A program made the translations under genes and the position numbers. Positions 9,700-17,872 of a stretch of DNA of 28,238 nucleotides are shown piece by piece. The notes beneath the pieces are model-generated. The model was not told the DNA's origin and did not search any database. It saw only the letters and a list, made by a program, of their open reading frames with translations. Where the stretch lies: positions 1-28,238 of the IMG/VR virus record IMGVR_UViG_3300020045_005270. The stretch is one strand, 5' to 3'. How positions within the stretch are numbered: the stretch's first letter is position 1; the number at the start of each line of letters is the position of its first letter. The DNA comes from a virus (Duplodnaviria; Caudoviricetes).

Positions 9700-10020
9700 A
9701 TGGATTGGAAAACAGTACTCGAATTTATCAGACCGGAGCTGCTCATTTTAATTGTATTCGTATGGAGCCTGGGGCTATTCCTTAAAAAGGCGCCATGGTT
9801 TAATGATGAATGGAAGATCCCATTTATCCTGCTATTAGTGAGCGTCATATTTGCGGTGCTTTATATCGCGATCGTGATCGGTGAGGGCTTCACTGGCCCG
9901 GTGATTATTTCAGCTATTATCCAGGGCGTGATCATTGCAGCGCTGGCGGTATTCGGCAACGAGGCGATCAAGCAGTATTTTGTCAAGCGCCCGGAGGACA
10001 AAGCAAAGGAGGCGGCATGA
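9700..10020 (+). CDS. holin (Phage_holin_5_2/Hol44-like)
   Basis: Three hydrophobic segments, motifs 'PELLILI...G.FLK...IPFIL...IIQG' and a charged C-terminus. Precedes the endolysin. Confidence 0.85.
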   Translation: MDWKTVLEFIRPELLILIVFVWSLGLFLKKAPWFNDEWKIPFILLLVSVIFAVLYIAIVIGEGFTGPVIISAIIQGVIIAALAVFGNEAIKQYFVKRPEDKAKEAA

Positions 10021-10021
10021 T

Positions 10022-10834
10022 ATGAAGAACATAGCAGTTATACTCGGGTATACCCCGACGCTTTACATTGACGACGGCCACGGCATGGAGACACCCGGCA
10101 AGAGGACGCCAACCATGCCCGACGGCAGCGTGATCAAAGAGAATGAATTCAACAGGCCAACAGCTGACAAGCTCGAGGCCTTGGCCAAAGCGGTGGGCTT
10201 TAGAGTCGTACAGAGCGCGCCGGAGATCAGCGAGCCAGGTCTCACAGCAAGAACGTCCAGGATCAATGCTGACTACGCAGCCCAGCGCAAGCTATACCCA
10301 AAGGTACCGTGGGACAAGCTGGCAGTCGGCGCCTCGATCCACTTCAATGCCTTTGACGGCGTAATGGATAGCAAAGGCCGTAAAGGTGGCGTGGACGTGT
10401 TCTATCACGCTACAAGCGAACCAGGCAAACAACTGGCCACCCTAGTGCTGAAAAACCTCATGGCGGGCACGCAGCAAGCTAATAGGGGCATAAACGGCGC
10501 CAACCTACACATGACCAGGGAGACGGATCCTGTATTTATTCTATGCGAGTGCGGCTTCATGGACGTACTCAAAGAGGCGCAGCTAATGAAAAAAGAGGCA
10601 TTCCAGCTTGAGTGCGCGACGGAGATCCTGGCAGGAGTATGCGAGTACTACGGCCAAGACCTGGCAGACCTCACAGCTGCAGATCCGGATCCGATCGACA
10701 CACCATCGACCTGGGCCAAGACAGCATGGACGAAAGCGGCAGCCAAAGGCGTACTGGACGGAAAGAACCCACAAGGACCATTCACTCGAGAGCAGATGGC
10801 TGTCGTACTTGACAGACTCGGGCTTTTAGACTAA
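10022..10834 (+). CDS. endolysin, N-acetylmuramoyl-L-alanine amidase (Amidase_3) with C-terminal SLH-like domain
   Basis: Zinc-amidase motifs IDDGHG, E, SIHFNA and ECGFM. C-terminal 'WAK..W..A..KG..DG..P....TREQ'. Start moved to ATG 10022, downstream of AAGGAGG. Confidence 0.92.
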   Translation: MKNIAVILGYTPTLYIDDGHGMETPGKRTPTMPDGSVIKENEFNRPTADKLEALAKAVGFRVVQSAPEISEPGLTARTSRINADYAAQRKLYPKVPWDKLAVGASIHFNAFDGVMDSKGRKGGVDVFYHATSEPGKQLATLVLKNLMAGTQQANRGINGANLHMTRETDPVFILCECGFMDVLKEAQLMKKEAFQLECATEILAGVCEYYGQDLADLTAADPDPIDTPSTWAKTAWTKAAAKGVLDGKNPQGPFTREQMAVVLDRLGLLD

Positions 10835-10847
10835 GGGGGCGAGGCTA

Positions 10848-11405
10848 ATGCCAAAGATTAGAGATATGCTGCCTCAGACTGGCCGAGTATTCGACGAGAG
10901 CGGAGACTTTAGGAACGTAATCGAGCGCGGGCTGCCCGTTATTGATATCATACACGAAGCGATACACCGCAAGGAGTACTTCGACGTGCAGAAAGTGTAC
11001 ACTGGCGTGGCCAATGCGAGCAAGGTCCGCTTCAACATCGTGGCCACGACTAAAGATCTGCACCTGGTATTTACGACAGACGCAGAGGGCAAGTCCCGCT
11101 TTAGATCCTATATAGGGACAACATTTTCGGCACCCGGCACAGAGCTGCCGGAATTCAATCGCTATATAGACGAGGCGCCGGATCCGACAGGCCAGGTATT
11201 TGAAAACCCGACCGTGACGCTGCTTGGCACTCAAAGATTTGATAAACTAATTCTCGGCGGACTTGGACCTCAATCGACGGGTCAATCCTCCGGATCACGC
11301 GTTGAGACTATACTCGCCGCCGGGAATTCAGTTTATGTGGAGATCGAGAACGTCAGCGGACAATCAAAAGACATCGGCATAACAGTCGAGTGGTACGAAG
11401 TATAA
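10848..11405 (+). CDS. hypothetical beta-rich protein, possibly virion-associated
   Basis: 185 aa with alternating beta-strand pattern, ending EWYEV. Last gene before the late-operon terminator. Confidence 0.6.
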   Translation: MPKIRDMLPQTGRVFDESGDFRNVIERGLPVIDIIHEAIHRKEYFDVQKVYTGVANASKVRFNIVATTKDLHLVFTTDAEGKSRFRSYIGTTFSAPGTELPEFNRYIDEAPDPTGQVFENPTVTLLGTQRFDKLILGGLGPQSTGQSSGSRVETILAAGNSVYVEIENVSGQSKDIGITVEWYEV

Positions 11406-11418
11406 GAACCGACAAAGT

Positions 11419-11459
11419 AAAAGGCTAGGATACAAAATATCTTAGCCTTTTTTATTTTT
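11419..11459 (+). terminator. rho-independent terminator ending the late operon (possibly bidirectional)
   Basis: AAGGCTAGGATA-caaaa-TATCTTAGCCTT followed by T tracts, with an A run upstream. Confidence 0.85.
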
Positions 11460-11482
11460 CGCTAAAATATTAAAAATAACAC

Positions 11483-11511
11483 TTGACGCATTTTGTCGCA
11501 AATGCTATATT
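11483..11511 (+). promoter_or_regulatory. sigma-A promoter of early operon
   Basis: TTGACG, 17-bp spacer, TATATT, with extended -10 TG (11503-11504) and an AT-rich UP region. Confidence 0.8.
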
Positions 11512-11526
11512 ATAAGTGCGACATAA
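11491..11526. promoter_or_regulatory. inverted operator-like pair overlapping the early promoter
   Basis: TTTTGTCGCA (11491-11500) and TGCGACATAA (11517-11526) match at 9/10 as an inverted pair. Confidence 0.55.
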
Positions 11527-11551
11527 AGTTACAAGAAAGGAGACCATATTC

Positions 11552-11668
11552 GTGTTAATTATTGGAATTGTGATAGGCTTTTTATGCGGGGCTGTCTTGA
11601 TGGGAGCTTTAAGCGCTAGGGCCTACGACAAAGGAGCGAAAGACGCAAGAAAGGAGGACAGCGCATGA
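11552..11668 (+). CDS. small membrane protein, 38 aa (not in ORF track)
   Basis: RBS AAAGGAG, GTG start, sequence MLIIGIVIGFLCGAVLMGALSARAYDKGAKDARKEDSA. ATGA overlap with the next gene. Confidence 0.75.
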   Translation: MLIIGIVIGFLCGAVLMGALSARAYDKGAKDARKEDSA

Positions 11669-11874
11669 CAGCAGACAAGATCCCGTGGAATAAGCAGCTA
11701 GAGCTCAAGCGAGTGGCTATGGACCTAACGCAAGAACAAGCCGCCGAGCTTATCGGAGTACCGCTAGGTACATACGGCCGCTGGGAGAGAGGATCCCACA
11801 AACCCATGAAAGTATATCAGAAACAGATCGCCCAGGCTTTTGAGATTAACGAGGGCGAAATATTCGGAGATTAG
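11665..11874 (+). CDS. XRE/Cro-like HTH regulator
   Basis: LTQEQAAELIGVPLGTYGRWERG HTH_3 signature. Confidence 0.9.
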   Translation: MTADKIPWNKQLELKRVAMDLTQEQAAELIGVPLGTYGRWERGSHKPMKVYQKQIAQAFEINEGEIFGD

Positions 11875-11885
11875 GAGGTCGAAAA

Positions 11886-12506
11886 ATGTCATTTTTAAAC
11901 ATGACCGGGCTGGGGAAGCAGGTCAAGAACGCGTACAGCGCGGACAGGCTAAAGGTCGGAGCCTTCGAGGAGCACAGCGTCATAGTAACGCCGCATTGTG
12001 CCTTTGCTGTCACAGAGGACCACGAACCAAACAAAATGAAAGCAATCATCACAGAGTACCTGGGCTATTTGCCGGTATATGATGAAACAAGTCGAAACGC
12101 TGGATTTATTGAAGCCGGAAAGAACAACGCCGACCGTGCCCTGGAGCCGGAGGAGACAGAAACGATCAAGCGCCTAATATGGCCAAAGGTTAGAACAAAG
12201 CCGTACGTGATCACGCCGATAGTTATTATCGAGCGAGGCACACCGGTGAGAATTATCCAAGACGTGGCCAGCAACGAGTGCCTCGGGATCCGCCAGGAGT
12301 ACCTGGATCTTATCACTTATAAGGATTTAGACTACGACATTGAAGGCGATCCGGTAGGTCCGGAGGTCGACGAGACCACAAAGCTGGCATACTTTAACAA
12401 CGCAACCACGATCCTGTCATTAGGCCTCTACACCTTTTCGACAGACAAAGCCAAAGAAATACTGGACATTTTGAGACTGCTCGAATTAAGGGAGGACAAG
12501 CAATGA
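11886..12506 (+). CDS. hypothetical phage protein
   Basis: 206 aa, RBS AGGAGG, mixed alpha/beta, no recognised catalytic motif. Confidence 0.75.
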   Translation: MSFLNMTGLGKQVKNAYSADRLKVGAFEEHSVIVTPHCAFAVTEDHEPNKMKAIITEYLGYLPVYDETSRNAGFIEAGKNNADRALEPEETETIKRLIWPKVRTKPYVITPIVIIERGTPVRIIQDVASNECLGIRQEYLDLITYKDLDYDIEGDPVGPEVDETTKLAYFNNATTILSLGLYTFSTDKAKEILDILRLLELREDKQ

Positions 12507-12643
12507 GAAAGCCAAAGGAATTGAAGATAGAACGCCCGGAACTATTAACCATAAGCGACTGCCTGCTGGCGTATCAAATGGGGTACCGCACAGACGTGGC
12601 AGCCGGTCAATTTAAAGGATTTAAGGAGGAGGCCAAACAATGA
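12503..12643 (+). CDS. small hypothetical protein, 46 aa (not in ORF track)
   Basis: RBS GGGAGG, sequence MRKPKELKIERPELLTISDCLLAYQMGYRTDVAAGQFKGFKEEAKQ, ATGA overlaps at both ends. Confidence 0.75.
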   Translation: MRKPKELKIERPELLTISDCLLAYQMGYRTDVAAGQFKGFKEEAKQ

Positions 12644-13224
12644 AAATCATATTTGAATTAACACCCAGCGAAATGGTGAGCGCAGCACATAATGGATCAC
12701 TACAACTCTTTTTAGAGAATGCCCGCAAAGACGAAAACACCATGGAACAAGTCAAGGCTGCAAAAGAAGCCGATCAAGCGAGAGCAGAGGTCGCTGCAGT
12801 ACAGACAGAATTTACAGCCACAGCAGCACCTGGACCTGGCGTGCAAATGCCTGGATCCAATCTGCCACCCGTGCAGACATTCGCTCCAACCGTGAGCACA
12901 CCTGCAGCACCAGCTCCAACATTCAACCCAACAGTGGCAGCACCGGCTGCAGCTCCTGCAGGATTTGATCCGATGGCATTCGCTAACCCGGCACCGGTCG
13001 CACCTGCAGCAACAAATGCACCAGCGGCTGCTCCAGTATTAGGACAAGCACCTGCAGCTGGCCAGCCAAGCATTGACGAAGTTAGAGCCAAGATCGCACC
13101 ATTGATCAAGGCTGGCAAAGTAGCAGAAATGCAGGCGCTATTTGCTGAGTTTGGGGCCCAAAAGCTCACAGACGTAGATCCTGGCAATTATGCCGCACTA
13201 ATAGCGAGAGCCGCTACAATATGA
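12640..13224 (+). CDS. phage replication-module protein with Ala/Pro-rich linker and conserved C-terminal helical domain
   Basis: C-terminal 'DEVRA...G....ALF..FGA.KL.DV...Y..L' domain is characteristically found just upstream of DUF2800. Confidence 0.75.
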   Translation: MKIIFELTPSEMVSAAHNGSLQLFLENARKDENTMEQVKAAKEADQARAEVAAVQTEFTATAAPGPGVQMPGSNLPPVQTFAPTVSTPAAPAPTFNPTVAAPAAAPAGFDPMAFANPAPVAPAATNAPAAAPVLGQAPAAGQPSIDEVRAKIAPLIKAGKVAEMQALFAEFGAQKLTDVDPGNYAALIARAATI

Positions 13225-14381
13225 GCGCACACGCACTACTCGGACCAAGCGGAGCAAAGCGCTGGCTGACCTGCACACCGAGCGCACGCTTTGAGGAAGA
13301 ATTCGCGGATCAAGAGAGCGAGTACGCTGCCGAAGGTACCGCAGCCCATGAGCTGGCCGAGCTATATCTGCTTTGTGAGCTAGGAGGAAACGACGGCGCA
13401 GACATTGCAGAGCTGCAGGCATTCCCGGATCACAACAAGTACTACAACGGCGAAATGGAGGAAGCGGTCGGCCTATACCTGGACATTATCCACGAACGAT
13501 ATGCCGAAGCACTCAAGCGAGATCCTAGCGCAATACTAATGCCCGAACAGCGTCTCGACTTCTCAGCATGGGTCCCGGAGGGCTTCGGTACCGGTGACGT
13601 GATCATCATAGGCGGAGGCGTGATCGAGGTTATAGACTTAAAGTACGGCAAGGGCGTGCCAGTAGACGCTGAGGACAACCCACAGCTCAGACTGTATGGC
13701 CTGGGAGCCTGGAACGCATACAACCTATTATATGACATTGACACGGTCCGCATGACGATCGTGCAGCCACGGCTTGGATCCGTAACGACTGACGAGATCA
13801 GCGTCGACGACCTGGTCAAGTGGGCCACCGAGGACGTAATGCCAAAAGCAAAGATGGCCTGGGCCGGACAAGGACAACACGTACCCGGCGATCATTGCCA
13901 ATTTTGCAAAGCAAAGCCTCGCTGCAAGGCCCTGGCTGATCACAACATGGAAATGGCCAAGCACGATTTTGTACTACCCCATAAGCTCACAGACGACGAG
14001 ATCGCGGAGATACTCTCCAAGGTCGACGGACTGGTCAAGTGGGTGAAAGCTGTCGAGGAGTACGCGCTCGATCAAGCAGCAAACCATGGCGCAAAATGGC
14101 CAGGCTGGAAGCTCGTCGAGGGCCGCAGCAATCGCGTGATCAGAGACACAGACGAAGCGATCCGGATCTTGATCAATGCCGGAGTGCAAGAGCCGCTGCT
14201 ATACAAGCCACGCGAAGTCCTCGGCATAACTGCCCTGGAGAGCCTAGTCGGCAAGAAGAAATTCAGCTCGCTGCTGGATCCTATTCTTGATAAGCCACCA
14301 GGAAAACCTACACTGGTGCCGCAGATCGACAAGAGGCCCGAGCTCAACACCGCAGCAAGCGCTGCTGCAGATTTTAAATAG
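13221..14381 (+). CDS. DUF2800 family Cas4-like PD-(D/E)xK nuclease
   Basis: HALLGPS..RW..C..S, EGTAAH, EQRLD, GTGD, IDLKYG, QLRLY and C-x2-C-x5-C cluster ligands. Confidence 0.9.
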   Translation: MSAHALLGPSGAKRWLTCTPSARFEEEFADQESEYAAEGTAAHELAELYLLCELGGNDGADIAELQAFPDHNKYYNGEMEEAVGLYLDIIHERYAEALKRDPSAILMPEQRLDFSAWVPEGFGTGDVIIIGGGVIEVIDLKYGKGVPVDAEDNPQLRLYGLGAWNAYNLLYDIDTVRMTIVQPRLGSVTTDEISVDDLVKWATEDVMPKAKMAWAGQGQHVPGDHCQFCKAKPRCKALADHNMEMAKHDFVLPHKLTDDEIAEILSKVDGLVKWVKAVEEYALDQAANHGAKWPGWKLVEGRSNRVIRDTDEAIRILINAGVQEPLLYKPREVLGITALESLVGKKKFSSLLDPILDKPPGKPTLVPQIDKRPELNTAASAAADFK

Positions 14382-14392
14382 GAGGACAGGAC

Positions 14393-14527
14393 ATGAGCAC
14401 AGGATTGATCATCACCCTGGTAATATGCACGACGTTGATCGTCTTAACGATCGCGAATAACAAGCACAAAGAAAATATGGCTAAAATGGGCCAAAATAAA
14501 AATAGCGGAGGTACTGACAATGAATAA
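14393..14527 (+). CDS. small single-pass membrane protein, 44 aa (not in ORF track)
   Basis: RBS AGGAGG, sequence MSTGLIITLVICTTLIVLTIANNKHKENMAKMGQNKNSGGTDNE. Fills the gap and overlaps the SSB start. Confidence 0.7.
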   Translation: MSTGLIITLVICTTLIVLTIANNKHKENMAKMGQNKNSGGTDNE

Positions 14528-15080
14528 CCCAACTAAAGTAGTAACTGGAAACGTGAGATTTTCTTATAGCCATGTATGGGAGCCGGACAGCATAGACGGA
14601 GACGATCCAAAGTATAGCGTCAGCATTCTGATCCCTAAGAACGACATACCAACCCTGCAGAAGATCCAGGCAGCCGTGCAGGCAGCTATTGAAGCAGGCA
14701 AAACAAAGCTCGCAGGAGCAAATGGCCAAGTAAACACAGCAACGCTCAAGCTGCCACTCAGAGACGGCGACGTGGAGAGAGCAGACGACGACGCATACAG
14801 AGGCTGCTACTTTATGAATGCCAGCAGTAAAAACCGCCCAGGGATCGTGGACGCAAACGTGGCGCCGATCCTCAACCAAAGCGAATTTTATAGCGGCTGC
14901 TACGGCAGGGCCAGCGTGAACTTTTACGCTTTCAATGCCAAAGGAAACAAGGGCATAGCGTGCGGCCTCAACAACGTGCAAAAGCTCGGGGACGGGGAGC
15001 CATTAGCTGGTGGATCAACACCGGAGGAGGACTTCACACCTGCAGCACCTAACAGCCCAGGCTTTGACCTTTTAGGCTAA
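14520..15080 (+). CDS. DUF2815 family single-stranded DNA-binding protein
   Basis: VRFSY, PKYSVSILIPK, PLRDGD, YSGCY, GLNNVQK..DGEPL motifs and an acidic tail. Confidence 0.92.
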   Translation: MNNPTKVVTGNVRFSYSHVWEPDSIDGDDPKYSVSILIPKNDIPTLQKIQAAVQAAIEAGKTKLAGANGQVNTATLKLPLRDGDVERADDDAYRGCYFMNASSKNRPGIVDANVAPILNQSEFYSGCYGRASVNFYAFNAKGNKGIACGLNNVQKLGDGEPLAGGSTPEEDFTPAAPNSPGFDLLG

Positions 15081-15090
15081 ACAACAAACA

Positions 15091-15126
15091 GGCCCGGCCG
15101 GCATAGATCGAGCCGGGCTTTTTATT
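15091..15126 (+). terminator. rho-independent terminator/attenuator after SSB
   Basis: GCCCGGC...GCCGGGC hairpin followed by TTTTTATT. Confidence 0.75.
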
Positions 15127-15141
15127 ATCGATCAAGGAGGC

Positions 15142-15348
15142 ATGACCATGTATAAGATCACAGCAATATTCCCGCCATATGTTTTCATCGAGGACAAGGA
15201 CGGCATCGCGGATCGCGTGCAGATCTCAGACTTTGAGGACAGCCCGAGGCTGAATGCAGGAGCGATCAAGCTCGACAACGGCAAGTATAAAACAACCAGC
15301 AACGAAACGGATCCGGACTGCGTCGGCGGCGTCTGCCCGATAAAATAA
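15142..15348 (+). CDS. small protein with C-terminal CxGGxCPIK dithiol tail
   Basis: RBS AAGGAGG (start 15142 or 15148), small beta domain, ends DPDCVGGVCPIK. Confidence 0.75.
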   Translation: MTMYKITAIFPPYVFIEDKDGIADRVQISDFEDSPRLNAGAIKLDNGKYKTTSNETDPDCVGGVCPIK

Positions 15349-15360
15349 GGAGGTGCACCA

Positions 15361-17331
15361 ATGACCAGGATACTAGGAATAGACATAGAGTCATACTGCG
15401 AGCTGGATCTCACCGAGGTGGGCGTCTATCGCTACGTTGAGCACCCTAGCTTTGAGGTCCTCATGCTAGCCTGGGCCTGGGACGACGAACCGGTGCAGCT
15501 GGTCGACTTCACGGCCGGAGAAAGCCTGCCGCAGTCAGTATATGAGGCGATCCTGGCAAAACAGGACGTCAAGGCAGCATTTAACGCAAACTTTGAGCGG
15601 ACTGCGCTCACCAAGTACCTAAGATCTGTTATGCCTCCGGAGGAGTGGCGCTGCACTATGGTCCACGCCCAGGAGCTCGGACTGCCATCAAGTCTCAAGA
15701 ACGTAGCCGAAGTGCTAGGAATGCCCGAGGATCAACAGAAAATGAAAGAGGGCAAAGCGCTGATCAACTTTTTCTGCAAGCCGTGCAAACCGACGAAAGT
15801 CAATAAAATGAGAGCCAGGAACTTGCCGCACCATGATCCGGATCGCTGGGAGATATTCAAGCAGTATTGCAAGCAGGACGTCGTGACGGAGCGGGCGATC
15901 AGAAAACGCCTGGAGTCATTCCCGATCCCGATAAGCGAGCAGCACCTATGGGAGATAGATCAGTCGATTAACGATCGCGGCGTACGACTTGACCGGGATC
16001 TGATCAAGCAGGCCATATCCCTGGACACAAGCTACAAGGACAGACTCATGGCAGAGGCGCAGGATATCAGCAACCTACAAAACCCGAACAGCCTGCAGCA
16101 GATCAAAGGCTGGGTGGAGCGTCAAACAGGCATAGAGGTGACGAGCCTCACCAAGAAAGACGTCCCGGACATCATCAACGCAACAGACAACGCCCAGGTC
16201 GAGCGTTTTATGGAAATACGCCAGGAGCTGGCCAAGACGAGCACCAGCAAGTACTACGCCATGGATCGCTGCATATGCGACGACGATCGAGCTCGAGGAC
16301 TTATTCAGTTTTATGGCGCCAACCGGACCGGACGCTGGGCTGGTCGCCTGGTGCAGGTGCAAAACCTGCCGCAGAACAAGATCCCGGACCTGGCACTGGC
16401 CAGGGAGCTGCTCCGAGCTGGACACTTTGACGGCTTCGAGCTACTATTCGGAAACGTGCCAGGGATCCTCTCGCAGCTGATCCGTACGGCGTTTATACCG
16501 TCACAGGGCAACAAGCTATACGTCGCAGACTTCTCAGCCATTGAGGCGCGCATGATCGCCTGGGTGGCCAAGGAGGAGTGGCGCATGGAGGTATTCAGAA
16601 CACATGGCAAGATATACGAGGCCTCAGCTGCTCAAATGTTTAGCGTACCATTAGACAGTATTGCCAAGGGCCGAGAAAATTATGCACTCAGAGCAAAAGG
16701 AAAGATCGCAGAGCTGGCGCTGGGGTATGGTGGATCCGAAGGAGCACTCACTCAAATGGGTGCCCTGGACATGGGCCTGGATCCAAGCGAGCTCAAGCCT
16801 CTAGTCACTACCTGGAGGAATACCAACCCAGCGATCACCAGGCTATGGTGGAGCGTCGACGCTGCAGCCATAGAGGCCGTCAAGTTTAACCGGACGACAT
16901 CAACCCACGGCCTGGAGTTTTCAGTCGAGAGCGGGATCCTATTCGTGAAGCTGCAGAGCGGCCGACGCCTGGCATATGTCAGACCAAGAGTGCAGCCGGG
17001 GAAATTCGGACGCGAGGCGCTGGTATATGACGGCATGGACCAGGTAAAGAGTAGATGGACCACCATTGACACGTACGGCCCGAAGCTGGTCGAGAATATC
17101 ATACAAGCCCTCAGCCGGGACTGCCTGGCATTCTCTCTCAAGAACTTGGCCGCTGCCGGATATAAGACAGTCATGCACGTACATGACGAGGCGATCATCG
17201 ACCACAGTGCAGCGGATCCGGACAGAACGATGGAACATATCGAGGCGATCATGGGACAGCCGCCAGCATGGGCGCTCGACTTGCCTCTAAACGCAGACGG
17301 CTACTACTGCGATTTTTATAAAAAGGACTAA
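15361..17331 (+). CDS. phage DNA polymerase, family A, with 3'-5' exonuclease domain
   Basis: ExoI DIES, ExoII FNANFER, ExoIII YCKQDV, RTGRW, motif A DFSAIEAR, motif B RAKGKIAELALGYG, motif C HVHDE. Confidence 0.95.
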   Translation: MTRILGIDIESYCELDLTEVGVYRYVEHPSFEVLMLAWAWDDEPVQLVDFTAGESLPQSVYEAILAKQDVKAAFNANFERTALTKYLRSVMPPEEWRCTMVHAQELGLPSSLKNVAEVLGMPEDQQKMKEGKALINFFCKPCKPTKVNKMRARNLPHHDPDRWEIFKQYCKQDVVTERAIRKRLESFPIPISEQHLWEIDQSINDRGVRLDRDLIKQAISLDTSYKDRLMAEAQDISNLQNPNSLQQIKGWVERQTGIEVTSLTKKDVPDIINATDNAQVERFMEIRQELAKTSTSKYYAMDRCICDDDRARGLIQFYGANRTGRWAGRLVQVQNLPQNKIPDLALARELLRAGHFDGFELLFGNVPGILSQLIRTAFIPSQGNKLYVADFSAIEARMIAWVAKEEWRMEVFRTHGKIYEASAAQMFSVPLDSIAKGRENYALRAKGKIAELALGYGGSEGALTQMGALDMGLDPSELKPLVTTWRNTNPAITRLWWSVDAAAIEAVKFNRTTSTHGLEFSVESGILFVKLQSGRRLAYVRPRVQPGKFGREALVYDGMDQVKSRWTTIDTYGPKLVENIIQALSRDCLAFSLKNLAAAGYKTVMHVHDEAIIDHSAADPDRTMEHIEAIMGQPPAWALDLPLNADGYYCDFYKKD

Positions 17332-17343
17332 GGAGGACCGGCC

Positions 17344-17511
17344 ATGGATCCGATCAAGCAGAAATACAACCGATCCTGGAGAAAGGTACACAGAGACAAG
17401 GGGCTTTGCGTGGACTGCAATGCGAAGGCAGAGCCCGGGTATCTCCGGTGCAGAAAGCACCTGGAACAAAATGCGGAGATCAACCGCAGGAGGAGGAATG
17501 GACATGAATAG
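17344..17511 (+). CDS. small basic zinc-finger protein, 55 aa (not in ORF track)
   Basis: RBS AAGGAGG, sequence MDPIKQKYNRSWRKVHRDKGLCVDCNAKAEPGYLRCRKHLEQNAEINRRRRNGHE with CxxC-x10-CxxH. Confidence 0.75.
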   Translation: MDPIKQKYNRSWRKVHRDKGLCVDCNAKAEPGYLRCRKHLEQNAEINRRRRNGHE

Positions 17512-17872
17512 AGCACAGAGACGCGCAGCCTCTAAAGGTGGAAACCTCACGCAGGTGGCGCACTTAACAGAGGGGCAGCACAAGGAGCTGGTCAAGAAAG
17601 AAGCGATCGAGATCGCCACCCAGGTGATCCAGTCTGAACGAGATCAAGTGATCCTGGACACAATCGAGAACAGCCTCGCGGCCGTGATCACGGTCCTGCA
17701 TGAGCAGCTGGGCCTCGGAAAGAAAAGGATCCAGGCATTCATGGAAGCATACAACGCCGTATTTGACGGAGTGCTGGACGACTCGGTCGACCTGGATCAG
17801 CTCAAAGCTAAAGCGGCCGAGTTAGGCGTCAACCTGGGAGGAGGTCAACCCGATGGCGAAATACGCGAGTAA
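17504..17872 (+). CDS. hypothetical phage protein with N-terminal NRAQRR motif
   Basis: Start reassigned to ATG 17504 (or 17498) after AGGAGGAGG. Helical, with an 'LHEQLGLGKKRI' motif. Confidence 0.7.
   Translation: MNRAQRRAASKGGNLTQVAHLTEGQHKELVKKEAIEIATQVIQSERDQVILDTIENSLAAVITVLHEQLGLGKKRIQAFMEAYNAVFDGVLDDSVDLDQLKAKAAELGVNLGGGQPDGEIRE

Noticed and set aside
9935-10021. N-terminal extension of the endolysin in the track (likewise the 17420, 19872, 21035 and 22366 starts)
   Set aside because: These overlap upstream genes and lack an RBS. Downstream ATGs have GGAGG at proper spacing.
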